DNA of 63,864 bases, filler included, from Octopus bimaculoides (lineage: Eukaryota): NCBI RefSeq assembly GCF_001194135.2. It is 7 parts of 7 records of this genome, joined end to end, with 100 filler letters (N's around TTAATTAATTAA, not from the genome) between each part and the next. Parts side by side here need not be neighbours in the genome. Positions count along the whole stretch, not along the records: positions 1 to 9,490 come from NC_069010.1; positions 9,591 to 24,681 come from NC_068986.1; 5 more parts are not named here. The stretch is one strand, 5' to 3'. A program made the translations under genes and the position numbers. This document shows, piece after piece, positions 1 through 11,070 of the stretch (position 1 is the first letter of the stretch; the number at the start of each line of letters is the position of its first letter). The notes beneath the pieces are model-generated. The model was not told where the DNA came from and made no database searches. It saw only the letters and a list, made by a program, of their open reading frames with translations.

Positions 1-593
1 GGTTGTGGTGGTGGTGGTAATGATAGTGGTGGTAGTGGTGGTGATGCTGGTGCTGGCAGTGTTGTTACTGGTGTAGATGGCAGTAGTAGTAGTAGTGGTG
101 GTAGTGGTGAGAATAGTATTGGAACTGTTGTTTTGTGCTTGTAGTGTAATTGTTGTTGTTGTTGTTGTTGGTAAAGGAGGTGGTAGTGGTGGTGGTGATG
201 GCGGCAGGGGTCGGGGTCGGGGTTGTTGCAGTTATATCAAGAGGAAACCAAACACCAAACATTTGATACCTCATCAACAAAACAGTGCACTTATGCCCTT
301 CCCCACCCTCCATCCTACCACCACTGCAACCCACCCACCCCATCCAAACACATCACTTACCCATCAACACTCTCCCCCACTGTCAACAACACCGGCGACC
401 ACCACCACCAACAGCGCTGCCGCCATCATCATCGCAAGTAATACCACGCAAGCACCTTGAGCTAACAAGGGAGACCTCCCACAAACACNNNNNNNNNNNN
501 NNNNNNNNNNNNNNNNNNNNNNNNNNNNNNNNNNNNNNNNNNNNNNNNNNNNNNNNNNNNNNNNNNNNNNNNNNTATATATATATATATATAT

Positions 594-957
594 GAGGCGC
601 AGAAGTGGCTGTGTGGTAAATAGCTTGCTTAACAACCACATGGTTCCGGGTTCATTCCCACTGCGTGGCACCTTGGGCAAGTGTCTTCTACTATAGCCTC
701 GGGCAGACCAAAGCCTTGTGAGTGGATTTGGTAGATGGAAACTGAAAGAAGCCCGTCGTATATATGTATGTGAGTGTATATGTTTGAGTGTCTGGTGTGT
801 TTACGTCCCCGTAACTTAGCGGTTTGGCAAAAGAGAGACCGATAGAATAAGTAGTAGGCTTACAAAGAATAAGTCCTGGGGTCGATTTGCTCGACTAAAA
901 GGCGGTGCTCCAGCCTGGCTGCAGTCAATTGACTGAAACAAGTAAAGTGAAAGAGAG
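594..957 (+). mobile_element. SINE family A (tRNA-derived head, CORE-like centre, internal (TA/TG)n, GTAAAAGAG-type tail), near full length
   Basis: Head TGGCTGTGTGGTAA...GGTTCATTCCCAC (A/B-box-like); centre CACCTTGGGCAAGTGTCTTCTAC; same sequence recurs more than 15 times in the window. Confidence 0.85.
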
Positions 958-1312
958 CCAATGAATGAGACCTCTACAATGGTAGCTAGAGCCGGTAGAA
1001 ATAGCAGCCAAATCTCGTTCAAATCACACCTTACTGTCTTATGTATGTATGTATGTATGTATGAGCCAATGAGAAAGACCTCTACTTGATAGCTAGACCC
1101 AGAAGAAATAGCAGCCAAATCTCGTTCAAATTACACCTTACTGTCTTATGTATGTATATATGTATGAGCCAATGAATAAGACCTCTACATGGTAGCTAGA
1201 CCTGCTAGAAATAGCAGCCAAATATTGCTGTAATCACACCTTACTGTCTTATGTATGTATGTATGAACTAATGGTAGCTAGCCCTGTTAGAAATTGCAAC
1301 CAAATTCCCCTG
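955..1312 (+). repeat. ~105-bp minisatellite, 3 units plus a partial, each ending in (TATG)n
   Basis: GAGCCAATGAA..GACCTCTAC..GGTAGCTAGA..GAAATAGCAGCCAAAT..CACACCTTACTGTCTTATGTATG repeated at ~955, ~1062, ~1165, partial ~1265. Confidence 0.9.
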
Positions 1313-1634
1313 AAACAAACCAAAACTAACTAGCCTTTGAGCCAAAGTGTTACCCGGCAACAGTTTGACCAAGAGTTAAAACAGCAGCAGCAGCCGCATT
1401 CGTACAAACACAATGCTCGACACTGGAAGACAATCTTAACCGAAGCCACAAATCCAGACAGAACCGGATCAATCCAGTTCGATCCAGGTGCAGCTTGTCA
1501 CATGCAGGCATTTCCAGAGCCGGTGGCTGCCAACAATGGGAAGGGGAGGCTAAGATCTGAACGTATCCAAGGAGATTCGGTTATACTTTTGAAGTAGTTC
1601 GAACGATTCTTGGAGAAATGTCTTCGATTCCGTA

Positions 1635-2352
1635 AGTATTTTTGGTTTTTTTACTTGTTTCAGTCATTTTCGACTGCGGCCATGCTGGGGCGTTGCCTTC
1701 AAGTGGTTTCAGTCAAACGTACTGACCCCAGGACAGGAATTATTTTTGTTAAAGCAATGTTATTACCAGTTCAAATATGCCTGAGGTACGTTTGAACTCG
1801 GGATCAAGGTATTCGAGCAAATCGACCCCAGGACTTATTCTTTGTAAGCCTAGTACTTATTCTATTGGTCTCTTTTGCTGAACCGCTAAGTTACGGGGAC
1901 GTAAACACACCAGCATCGGTTGTCAAGCAATATTGGAGGGACAAACACAGACATACTAACATATATACACACACATACATATATATATATATACATATAT
2001 ACAACGGGCTTCTTTCAGTTTCCCTCTACCAAATCCACTCACAAGGCTTTGGTCGGCCCGAGGCTATAGTAGAAGACACTTGCCCAAGGTACCACGCAGT
2101 GGGACTGAACCCGGAACCATGTGGTTGGTAAGCAAGCTACTTACCACACAGCCACTCCTGCACCCATAGAAATTTCTTTAATTTGGCTAGTATTTTCGAT
2201 TTTTTACTACGGCCATGCTGGGGCAATGCCTAGAAGTGGTTTTACTCAAACGTACCGACCCCAGGACAGGACTTATTTTTGTTAATGCAATGAATGTTAT
2301 TACCAATTCAAATATGCCTGAGGCACGTTTGAATTGGGGATCAAGGTATTCG
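1635..2352. repeat. Direct duplication (1635-1815 vs 2189-2352) bracketing a SINE-A
   Basis: Both copies contain GGCCATGCTGGGG..AAGTGGTTT..CAAACGTAC.GACCCCAGGACAGGA.TTATTTTTGTTAA..CAAATATGCCTGAGG.ACGTTTGAA...GGGATCAAGGTATTCG. Confidence 0.85.
1813..2165 (-). mobile_element. SINE family A, young copy with the last part of the tail missing
   Basis: Reverse complement of the 594-957 sequence. Confidence 0.85.
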
Positions 2353-2679
2353 CTGTGTCTTTTGTCATGGAGAAAATTTCTCGCTGTCGATAAAGGGTGT
2401 GGATACATGTAGATCGCTTCGCAGGTACCGCCTACTTGGACTACATTTCGGAGTAGTTCTCTCGTCTTCAGTCACAGACACCAGCCAGGTGACGCCGTGA
2501 ACCGATCAAAGAGATTGTTTCTCTTATGCTGTTTCAGTCACCGTACAACGATTGATAGTGGTGATGATCTTACTCTTGGTAAAATTCAGAGTGTGACACA
2601 CTGACACACAGAAATCAGTTTTCGCATTTATTATACTAGATATATGTATGTACATATATATACATATATATATATATAC

Positions 2680-2722
<43 letters not shown>

Positions 2723-3667
2723 TATATNNNNNNNNNNNNNNNNNNNNNNNNNNNNNNNNNNNNNNNNNNNNNNNNNNNNNNNNNNNNNNNNNNNNNNNNN
2801 NNNNNNNNNNNNNNNNNNNNNNNNNNNNNNNNNNNNNNNNNNNNNNNNNNNNNNNNNNNNNNNNNNNNNNNNNNNNNNNNNNNNNNNNNNNNNNNNNNNN
2901 NNNNNNNNNNNNNNNNNNNNNNNNNNNNNNNNNNNNNNNNNNNNNNNNNNNNNNNNNNNNNNNNNNNNNNNNNNNNNNNNNNNNNNNNNNNNNNNNNNNN
3001 NNNNNNNNNNNNNNNNNNNNNNNNNNNNNNNNNNNNNNNNNNNNNNNNNNNNNNNNNNNNNNNNNNNNNNNNNNNNNNNNNNNNNNNNNNNNNNNNNNNN
3101 NNNNNNNNNNNNNNNNNNNNNNNNNNNNNNNNNNNNNNNNNNNNNNNNNNNNNNNNNNNNNNNNNNNNNNNNNNNNNNNNNNNNNNNNNNNNNNNNNNNN
3201 NNNNNNNNNNNNNNNNNNNNNNNNNNNNNNNNNNNNNNNNNNNNNNNNNNNNNNNNNNNNNNNNNNNNNNNNNNNNNNNNNNNNNNNNNNNNNNNNNNNN
3301 NNNNNNNNNNNNNNNNNNNNNNNNNNNNNNNNNNNNNNNNNNNNNNNNNNNNNNNNNNNNNNNNNNNNNNNNNNNNNNNNNNNNNNNNNNNNNNNNNNNN
3401 NNNNNNNNNNNNNNNNNNNNNNNNNNNNNNNNNNNNNNNNNNNNNNNNNNAATAGCAGCTAAAGTGCTGAAACTCCAACAGATAGCAATACTTGTAACTC
3501 ACAAAGGCAAAGCAAGAAGAAAAATAACGAAACTAACCAGTCTTAGTTAAACATAGACACGTTTCTGGCTTAGAAAAGTGAAAACTTTCCATTTCCTCAT
3601 CAGTATGATATTCCAGTTTGCAAATTTGACGATATTGGCAATTGTGCATGCACGACCGAGCGATGTC

Positions 3668-3824
3668 ACTCTCTGAGTGGTTGGCGTTAGGAAGGGCATC
3701 CAGCTGTAGAAACTCTGCCAAATCAGATTGGAGCCTGGTGTTGCCATCCGGTTTCACCAGTCCTCAGTCAAATCGTCCAAACCATGCTAGCATGGAAAGC
3801 GGACGTTAAACGATGATGATGATA
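3668..3824 (+). mobile_element. RTE-LINE 3' tail fragment ending in (GAT)n, followed by a SINE-A tail (3826-3975)
   Basis: GAGTGGTTGGCGTTAGGAAGGGCATCCAGCTGTAGAAAC...GGACGTTAAACGATGATGAT matches the 3' UTR of the RTE at 22485-22634. Confidence 0.75.
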
Positions 3825-3974
3825 ACTTAGTGGTTCGGCAAAGAGACCGATAGAATAAGTACTAGGCTTTGAAGAAAAAACAACAATAAGTTCAGGGTCG
3901 ATTCATTTGACTAGAACCCATTCAAGGCAGTGATCCAGCATGGCCACAATCAAATGGCTGAAGCAAATAAAAGA

Positions 3975-4005
<31 letters not shown>

Positions 4006-4376
4006 CATATATATACACACATACACATGTATGTTAGTTGTTGTGGTGTGTACACGTCAGGTGCTATAGATGTGTGTGCACACGTGTAGATGTGTGTGTG
4101 TGTGTATGAACAGTATATTGTGATCTTGTATGTATTTGTGTATTTGTGTGTGTATGTGAGTGTGTGTACAGATGCATGCGTGTATGTGTTTAGATGTATG
4201 CATGTGTTGGCAAACACGAACAAGAAACATAAGATGTCTGATGAGGTGGTTTATAAATAGAAAAAGCGTGTATATATGCGTGTTTGCATAATATATACAC
4301 ACACACACATATACATGTGTACGTATACATGTTCATGCAAAATCTCCCACTTACAGAAACAAGCACATTCACAGAG

Positions 4377-4413
<37 letters not shown>

Positions 4414-4473
4414 TCAACACTATCAGCTACATACAATGAAACATTATACATACACCAATGTATGTATTGGGTG

Positions 4474-4522
<49 letters not shown>

Positions 4523-5381
4523 GTATAAATATATATATATGTATGCATGTATGTATATACATATAAATATATATATNNNNNNNNNNNNNNNNNNNNNNNN
4601 NNNNNNNNNNNNNNNNNNNNNNNNNNNNNNNNNNNNNNNNNNNNNNNNNNNNNNNNNNNNNNNNNNNNNNNNNNNNNNNNNNNNNNNNNNNNNNNNNNNN
4701 NNNNNNNNNNNNNNNNNNNNNNNNNNNNNNNNNNNNNNNNNNNNNNNNNNNNNNNNNNNNNNNNNNNNNNNNNNNNNNNNNNNNNNNNNNNNNNNNNNNN
4801 NNNNNNNNNNNNNNNNNNNNNNNNNNNNNNNNNNNNNNNNNNNNNNNNNNNNNNNNNNNNNNNNNNNNNNNNNNNNNNNNNNNNNNNNNNNNNNNNNNNN
4901 NNNNNNNNNNNNNNNNNNNNNNNNNNNNNNNNNNNNNNNNNNNNNNNNNNNNNNNNNNNNNNNNNNNNNNNNNNNNNNNNNNNNNNNNNNNNNNNNNNNN
5001 NNNNNNNNNNNNNNNNNNNNNNNNNNNNNNNNNNNNNNNNNNNNNNNNNNNNNNNNNNNNNNNNNNNNNNNNNNNNNNNNNNNNNNNNNNNNNNNNNNNN
5101 NNNNNNNNNNNNNNNNNNNNNNNNNNNNNNNNNNNNNNNNNNNNNNNNNNNNNNNNNNNNNNNNNNNNNNNNNNNNNNNNNNNNNNNNNNNNNNNNNNNN
5201 NNNNNNNNNNNNNNNNNNNNNNNNNNNNNNNNNNNNNNNNNNNNNNNNNNNNNNNNNNNNNNNNNNNNNNNNNNNNNNNNNNNNNNNNNNNNNNNNNNNN
5301 NNNNNNNNNNNNNNNNNNNNNNNNNNNNNNNNNNNNNNNNNNNNNNNNNNNNNNNNNNNNNNNNNNNNNNNNNNNNNNNNN

Positions 5382-5420
<39 letters not shown>

Positions 5421-5565
5421 ATCATCATCATCATCATCATTTAACGTCCGCTTTCCATGCTAGCATGGGTTGGACGATTTGACTGAGGACTGGCAAGCCA
5501 GAAGGCTGCACCAGGCTCCAATCTGATTTGGCAGAGTTTCTACAGCTGGATGCCCTTCCTAACTC
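5421..5565 (-). mobile_element. RTE-LINE 3' tail fragment
   Basis: (CAT)n-TTAACGTCCGCTTTCCATGCTAGCATGGGTTGGACG is the reverse complement of the RTE tail. Confidence 0.75.
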
Positions 5566-5742
5566 AGGTATTTCCAGGAACCTCCGCATACATACATGTA
5601 TATATACACAGGTACACATATTGTTGGATGGCTGTTGACTGCTCATGAGCTCTTTCTACCTTGTTACAGGTCTTATTTTTCATCCTGTAGGGTATCCAAC
5701 GAAGACCCTCCTCACCAAGTATGCCAGTCACCATGATATTTT

Positions 5743-5971
5743 TAGTCCTTTCGTTACAACTTGGCTGAAACTGCTCCTGGCTCTGTAGTACAAATGTCTT
5801 GTTTTCATAAGTTCTGAATTAAAATCTTCCGCCAAACCGTAGTCACAAATTTATGTTCCTAACACTAGCTGAATGATAACTAAGTTATTTTACTAAATTC
5901 TTTGTTATATTTAAAATTAATTGAAAGAAACACAGAGCATCTCAACAGAAATATGGTAACAAAAGGGTTAA
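5743..5971. mobile_element. TTAA-type (piggyBac-like) MITE, family 1, first of a tandem pair
   Basis: Ends GGTAACAAAAGGGTTAA; starts with degenerate TAGTCCTTTCGTTAC (subterminal GTTAC/GTAAC inverted match); no coding capacity. Confidence 0.65.
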
Positions 5972-5988
5972 AGTCACCATGATATTTC

Positions 5989-6081
5989 TAATCCTTTTGA
6001 TACCAGCCCAGCCAAAACCACCTCTGGCTCTGAGTACAAATGTTTTGTTTTCAAAAGTTTTGAATTAAAATCTTCCGCCAA
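5989..6081. mobile_element. TTAA-type MITE family 1, second tandem copy, truncated by a gap
   Basis: TAATCCTTTTGATACC..CTGGCTCTGAGTACAAATG..GAATTAAAATCTTCCGCCAA repeats 5743-5835. Confidence 0.65.
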
Positions 6082-6670
6082 NNNNNNNNNNNNNNNNNNN
6101 NNNNNNNNNNNNNNNNNNNNNNNNNNNNNNNNNNNNNNNNNNNNNNNNNNNNNNNNNNNNNNNNNNNNNNNNNNNNNNNNNNNNNNNNNNNNNNNNNNNN
6201 NNNNNNNNNNNNNNNNNNNNNNNNNNNNNNNNNNNNNNNNNNNNNNNNNNNNNNNNNNNNNNNNNNNNNNNNNNNNNNNNNNNNNNNNNNNNNNNNNNNN
6301 NNNNNNNNNNNNNNNNNNNNNNNNNNNNNNNNNNNNNNNNNNNNNNNNNNNNNNNNNNNNNNNNNNNNNNNNNNNNNNNNNNNNNNNNNNNNNNNNNNNN
6401 NNNNNNNNNNNNNNNNNNNNNNNNNNNNNNNNNNNNNNNNNNNNNNNNNNNNNNNNNNNNNNNNNNNNNNNNNNNNNNNNNNNNNNNNNNNNNNNNNNNN
6501 NNNNNNNNNNNNNNNNNNNNNNNNNNNNNNNNNNNNNNNNNNNNNNNNNNNNNNNNNNNNNNNNNNNNNNNNNNNNNNNNNNNNNNNNNNNNNNNNNNNN
6601 NNNNNNNNNNNNNNNNNNNNNNNNNNNNNNNNNNNNNNNNNNNNNNNNNNNNNNNNNNNNNNNNNNNNNN

Positions 6671-7161
6671 GACATGTCAAGTTTAATACGACGCAAGGTG
6701 ACTCACAGAAAATACCAATTGTATTTTTTGGCAGATACTTAAACATCATCACTAGAATGACCATTAAATTTAATTTCACATTTCAAGGGTTAAATCTACT
6801 AAAGTACTTAACTGCTCCTTATACAAACTAACAACGGAGCCTCAAGGGCGTTTTGGTCTTCTATTGCAATACCATTCACGTCTATGACGTTTATAGGAAT
6901 ATTAACCATTTTACTGCCGAAATTTGAATATTTTCACTCAAATTCTCATTATCCTTAACTGCAGAAAGCAGTTTTGTATACCAGTTCTATCTTATTTTCT
7001 TTTGAGGAATATCGTGTTTGAAATTTTTCATCTGTTGAGATATGTCAAGTCTATTATGAGGCAATGTGACTTGCAGAAAATATCAATTCTATCTTTTGGC
7101 AGATATTTAAACATCATTACTGGAATAACCATGAAATTTAATTTTGTAGTTAAAGGGTTAA
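6671..7161. mobile_element. TTAA-type MITE family 2: partial copy 6671-6793 and full copy 6902-7161
   Basis: Full copy TTAACCATTTTACTGCC...GTAGTTAAAGGGTTAA (imperfect TIRs including TTAA); the partial copy aligns to its 3' half and also ends AAGGGTTAA. Confidence 0.6.
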
Positions 7162-7600
7162 GGATCAGAGGGAATACATTACCACTTAACAAAGCGATCA
7201 AGAAGAACTACAACAAAAGACTCCACCCACTCCAGCTCTTCCCAGACTCAACAACATTTTAAAATTCGACACCACCCTCACCGGCAGTCCCACCACCATA
7301 AACAACAACAAACTGGCAGAATTGTTAATGCAACTGCTACAATGATATGCAGTGTCCATCCCAGCTTTTGGCATTTTGGTTTTCGCATCCCTTAAAGGTT
7401 AAACTTAGCTTTCCGTCAGTTTGGGATTCATAAAGAATTGGGGCCTGACATCTCTGAGGAGTCAAGGAGAGTCAGATCTGAAGAAGGAAAGATTCCTTCA
7501 GCTCCAAAAATTGTCCAAGACAATGTCACCGCCTACCGAAATTATTGAGTAGAGGAGGACCCAATGTAAGGTAATATATAGCATTGGAGGTGTATAAATA

Positions 7601-7681
<81 letters not shown>

Positions 7682-7886
7682 TCTCTTTACTCTTTTACTT
7701 GTTTCAGTCATTTGACTGTGGTGTATTTACGTCCCCTGTAACTTAGCGGTTCGGCAAAAGAGAGACGGATAGAATAAGTACTAGGCTTACAAAGAATAAT
7801 TCCCGGGAGTCGATTTGCACGACGAAAGAGCGGTGCTCCAGCATGGCTGCAGTCAAATGACTGGAGGAAGCAAAAGAGCAAAAGAA
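7682..7886. mobile_element. SINE-A 3' half with an inverted copy of its own tail at the 5' end
   Basis: 7682-7718 is the reverse complement of the tail (CTTTTACTTGTTTCAGTCATTTGACTG); it then switches at a TG microhomology to the plus-strand body ending CAGTCAAATGACTGGAGGAAGCAAAAGAG. Confidence 0.75.
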
Positions 7887-8105
7887 CGAGGCAGGCAGCT
7901 GTCTGGCAGAACCGTTACCGTGTTGGACAAAATGCTTAGCAACATTCCTTCTTCCATTATAACTCTGTTTTCAAATTCCATTGAGGTCAACTTTGCCTTT
8001 CATCTTTACACTGTCGTTAAAACAAGAACCATTTGAGCCATGGGGGTTGATACAATTGTCTAACCCTTGCCCCCAATTTACAGGCCTTGTGCCTATAGTA
8101 AAAAA
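7887..8105 (+). mobile_element. SINE family B, degenerate
   Basis: GCTGTCTGGCAGAACCGTTA..CAAAATGCTTAGC..TTCAAATTCCATTGAGGTCAACTTTGCCTTTCATC. Confidence 0.7.
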
Positions 8106-8524
8106 GGGAATCGTTATCACTACCATTATTATTATGTCTCACATCAATTAAGTCACGTTATTATTTTCGTTATCTAAATTAAACACGAACTGTGTCCTCT
8201 GCCATTTGCTTGTTCTTAGCTAAAACTGACTTTTTATATCTACATACACTCACACGTGTGTGTGTGTGTGTATATGTGTGATTTAGCCATTCGTCTAATT
8301 GTGCATATGTATGCATATTAGTGTATGTGTATACTTATGTGTGTGTGTGTGTATATTTATAAATGTATGCTGGATTCTTTGCATGGGAGTGTGTATATGT
8401 TTGTGTGTCTTGATATATGTATATATATATATATGTCTGTAAATATATTTAAGCATTTATATAAACGTGTGTGTGTGTGTATGTATGTATATACTTGCAT
8501 GCATTTTATACACAGCTGTATATA

Positions 8525-8720
8525 CACCATCATCATCATCATTTAACGTCTGTTATCCATGCTGGCATGGGTTGGATTGTTTGAGTAGGGCTGGTAAGCT
8601 GAGGGGCTGCACCAAACTCCAGTCTGATCTGGCAATGTTTCTACAGCTAGATGCCCTTTCTAATGCCAACCATTCCAAGAGTGTAACGGGTGCTTTTTCA
8701 CGTGTCACCGGCATGGGTGC
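8525..8720 (-). mobile_element. RTE-LINE 3' tail fragment
   Basis: (CAT)n-TTAACGTC..CCATGCTGGCATGGGTTGG..CTACAGCTAGATGCCC. Confidence 0.7.
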
Positions 8721-8774
8721 CATTGGTGTATATTGTAATATTTTGCACTATATATTCGTTCTTTACTTCAGATT

Positions 8775-9080
8775 TATTATCCTTTTCTATACTAGGCACA
8801 AGGCCTGAAATTTTGGGGGAGAGGGCCAGTCGATTAGATCTACCCCAGTACACAACTGATACTTAATTTATCAACCCCGTTGCTTACAACGATGAGGGTT
8901 CCAGTTGATCCGATCAACGGAACAGCCTGCTCGTGAAATTAACATGCAAGTGGCTGAGCACTCCACAGACACGTGTACCCTTAACGTAGTTCTCGGGGAT
9001 ATTCAGCGTGACAGAGTGTGACAAGGCTGACCCTTTGAATTACAGGCACAACAGAAACCAGACGTAAGAGTGAGAGAAAA
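8775..9080 (-). mobile_element. Composite of a SINE-B 3' part (8775-8878) and a SINE-C 3' part (8879-9080)
   Basis: GGCACAAGGCCTGAAATTTT..GTCGATTAGATC joined to GTTGATCCGATCAACGGAACAGCC..GTGGCTGAGCACTCCACAGACACG, as at 41650-41800. Confidence 0.65.
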
Positions 9081-9274
9081 TTGTGGTGAAAGAGTACAGC
9101 AGGGTTCGCCACTATCCCCTGCCGGAGCCTCGTGGAGNNNNNNNNNNGAAGGTAGGTTCATCAAGGTACGGAAGGATGAGTGGGACAGAGAGAGAGAGTG
9201 TGAGAGGTGAAGGGAATACAGCGTGTGGCGAACTCGGACGTGGGGGTGGGAGCGAATGGGGAGAATTCAGTAAG

Positions 9275-9316
<42 letters not shown>

Positions 9317-9447
9317 ACGTGTCTGTCTGTGTGTCGTCAGTAATTCATATATCCGAAAAAAGACATACACACTAAAACACCAATACAGCTAAGCATTTTA
9401 TAGTTAGGTGCGAAACCAATGACCACAAACAACCTTCTGAAAATAAA

Positions 9448-9485
<38 letters not shown>

Positions 9486-9534
9486 CGGTTNNNNNNNNNN
9501 NNNNNNNNNNNNNNNNNNNNNNNNNNNNNNNNNN

Positions 9535-9546
9535 TTAATTAATTAA
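9535..9546. other. Synthetic assembly linker TTAATTAATTAA (also 24726-24737, 30083-30094, 40395-40406, 58757-58768, 62356-62367)
   Basis: Identical 12-mer centred between exactly 44 N on each side (100 nt total) six times; palindromic, with TAA in all six frames. Confidence 0.95.
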
Positions 9547-10056
9547 NNNNNNNNNNNNNNNNNNNNNNNNNNNNNNNNNNNNNNNNNNNNACTACTATTA
9601 CTAGCTTTGTTATTAAAACCCCAACCCTGAAATCTATTTTTCCCCTCCCCCTGCTACTTGCTATATAAACACGCGCGCGCACACACAACTCCTCTTTCTA
9701 ATACACCTAGTTCTCCACAAATTCATTCCGTCTTTAAACTCCATTCTGTCTGGTGTTATCCAATGATGGAATCAAGTTACAATCATTACTTTAGACCACC
9801 AAGCCCCCAGAAACAGCTGTTGGAGTAGTAGAACTCTACCTCACCCCCTTTAATTCCTGATATCATTTCTATTCTAAGTCAGACTTATGTATACATTTTT
9901 TGTATTAAATGTATTTAATATATTTTGTATATCGACTTTCCTACCTTTCTTATCCTTATATTTACTACTCTACCTGCTCAAGTCTAAATCTCTTGAGCAC
10001 AACAAAGTGTCTTCTGTACAGAGAATACCTGTCTCTAATCTATAAACTATATAATA

Positions 10057-10087
<31 letters not shown>

Positions 10088-10288
10088 TCTATTCATTTAC
10101 AGCAATTAATCTAAGCTTTCAAAAGCCAAATATTAGGAGAACAATGCTGTCAATAAATGATGAATCATTATTTTGTAACATTGACAGAACCATTGCCAGG
10201 CAAGTTTTCAGCTAAACTGAATGAAGCATTCTGTTCATAATTTCACAGAACTTGTTTAGAAACTTTTTAATGGCTTATTATTCAACTT

Positions 10289-10680
10289 AATTTCAAGATC
10301 TCGTTAAAACTTTTCCACCAGTTACAAAATGAATACATGTTATTTTTAGATAGTTCACCTTATTAGAGGAAAACAAAACCTTGTGTCTAACAAACTAAGA
10401 ATTGGAGCAAATCACTTGTGTGTGTGTAACCATAGAGCAACTGGTTTATAAATGTACAAGTGGAAATTTGAATGCTATTGCAGTTAATTAAAACCTTTGT
10501 AAACCCATCGTATTCTGTAAATCAATTAAATTGACTAATTAATGAATCTTCATTGAGAGTTTGTCTTTTAATAGTTTGAACAATATCTTTCAACTTGGTT
10601 CGTCATGATTATTATTATTATTATCTTAAGGCAGAGAGTGGCTGGCAGAATCATTAGCATGCTGGGCAAAATGCTTAGTG
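10289..10680 (+). repeat. Copy 1 of a dispersed local duplication (copy 2 at 13951-14433)
   Basis: Colinear alignment from AATTTCAAGATC to AAATGCTTAGTG. Confidence 0.9.
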
Positions 10681-11070
10681 TCATTTCATCAGCCTTTACA
10701 CTCTGGGTTCAAATTCCGCTGAGGTCAACTTTGCCTTCCATCCTTTTAGGATTGATAAATTAAGTGCCAGTCATGTACTGTGGTCAATGTAATCTACTCA
10801 TCCAGCCCCACCCCACCCCCACCCCAGTGTCGGGCCTTGTGCCATTATTGGAAGGTGGTGAGCTGGCAAAATTGCTTGCAGGTTGGTCAAAATGCTTGGC
10901 AGCATTTTGTCTGTCTTTATGTTCTGAGTTCAAACGTTGCCGAGGTCAACTCAGCCTTTCATCTTTTCAGGATCAGTAAAAGACATCCCAGTCATGTACT
11001 GGGATCAAAGTAATCAACTCACCCCCTCCCTCAAAATTTCAAGCCCTGTCCCCATAGTAGAAAGGGTTAT
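10628..11070 (+). mobile_element. SINE-B tandem dimer after (TTA)n
   Basis: Two consecutive units GCTGGCA(G/A)AAT..AAAATGCTT..GAGGTCAACT..CCTT(C/T)CATC..TGTAATC..GCCTTGTGCC. Confidence 0.8.

Noticed and set aside
1-435. GGT-rich block followed by an ACC-rich block with an 11-12-bp inverted match (GATGGCGGCAG / CTGCCGCCATC)
   Set aside because: Expected by chance between complementary low-complexity tracts.
594-680. tRNA-like A/B boxes at SINE heads
   Set aside because: They continue into SINE bodies and do not form complete cloverleaves; not tRNA genes.
1334-1631. 86-aa ORF / possible exon ending in GTAAGT; faint Gypsy integrase C-terminal resemblance (QFDPG..ERIQG)
   Set aside because: There is a stop before the donor, it needs a TTG start, and the similarity is too weak. 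It also lies upstream of the putative integrase core at 2.4 kb, which is the wrong order.
2385-2600. RVWIHVDRFAGTAYL resembles the Gypsy integrase WxRxHxDFAGP motif
   Set aside because: One short motif with stops; no LTR or other domains. It cannot be supported without a search.
2636-5482. Long ORFs of 200-340 aa in the ORF track (also at 6, 27, 28, 43, 50 and 55 kb)
   Set aside because: They run through N gaps and (TA)n/(CA)n tracts, so there are no real codons.
7465-7505. CTGAAGA-AGGAA-AGA-TTCCT hammerhead-like half
   Set aside because: The GAAA half of the core is missing and there is no stem I or III.
9535-9546. Identical palindrome TTAATTAATTAA recurring six times (also 24726, 30083, 40395, 58757, 62356)
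   Set aside because: Always centred in exactly 44 N + 44 N and has stops in all six frames; it is a synthetic scaffolding linker, not biology.
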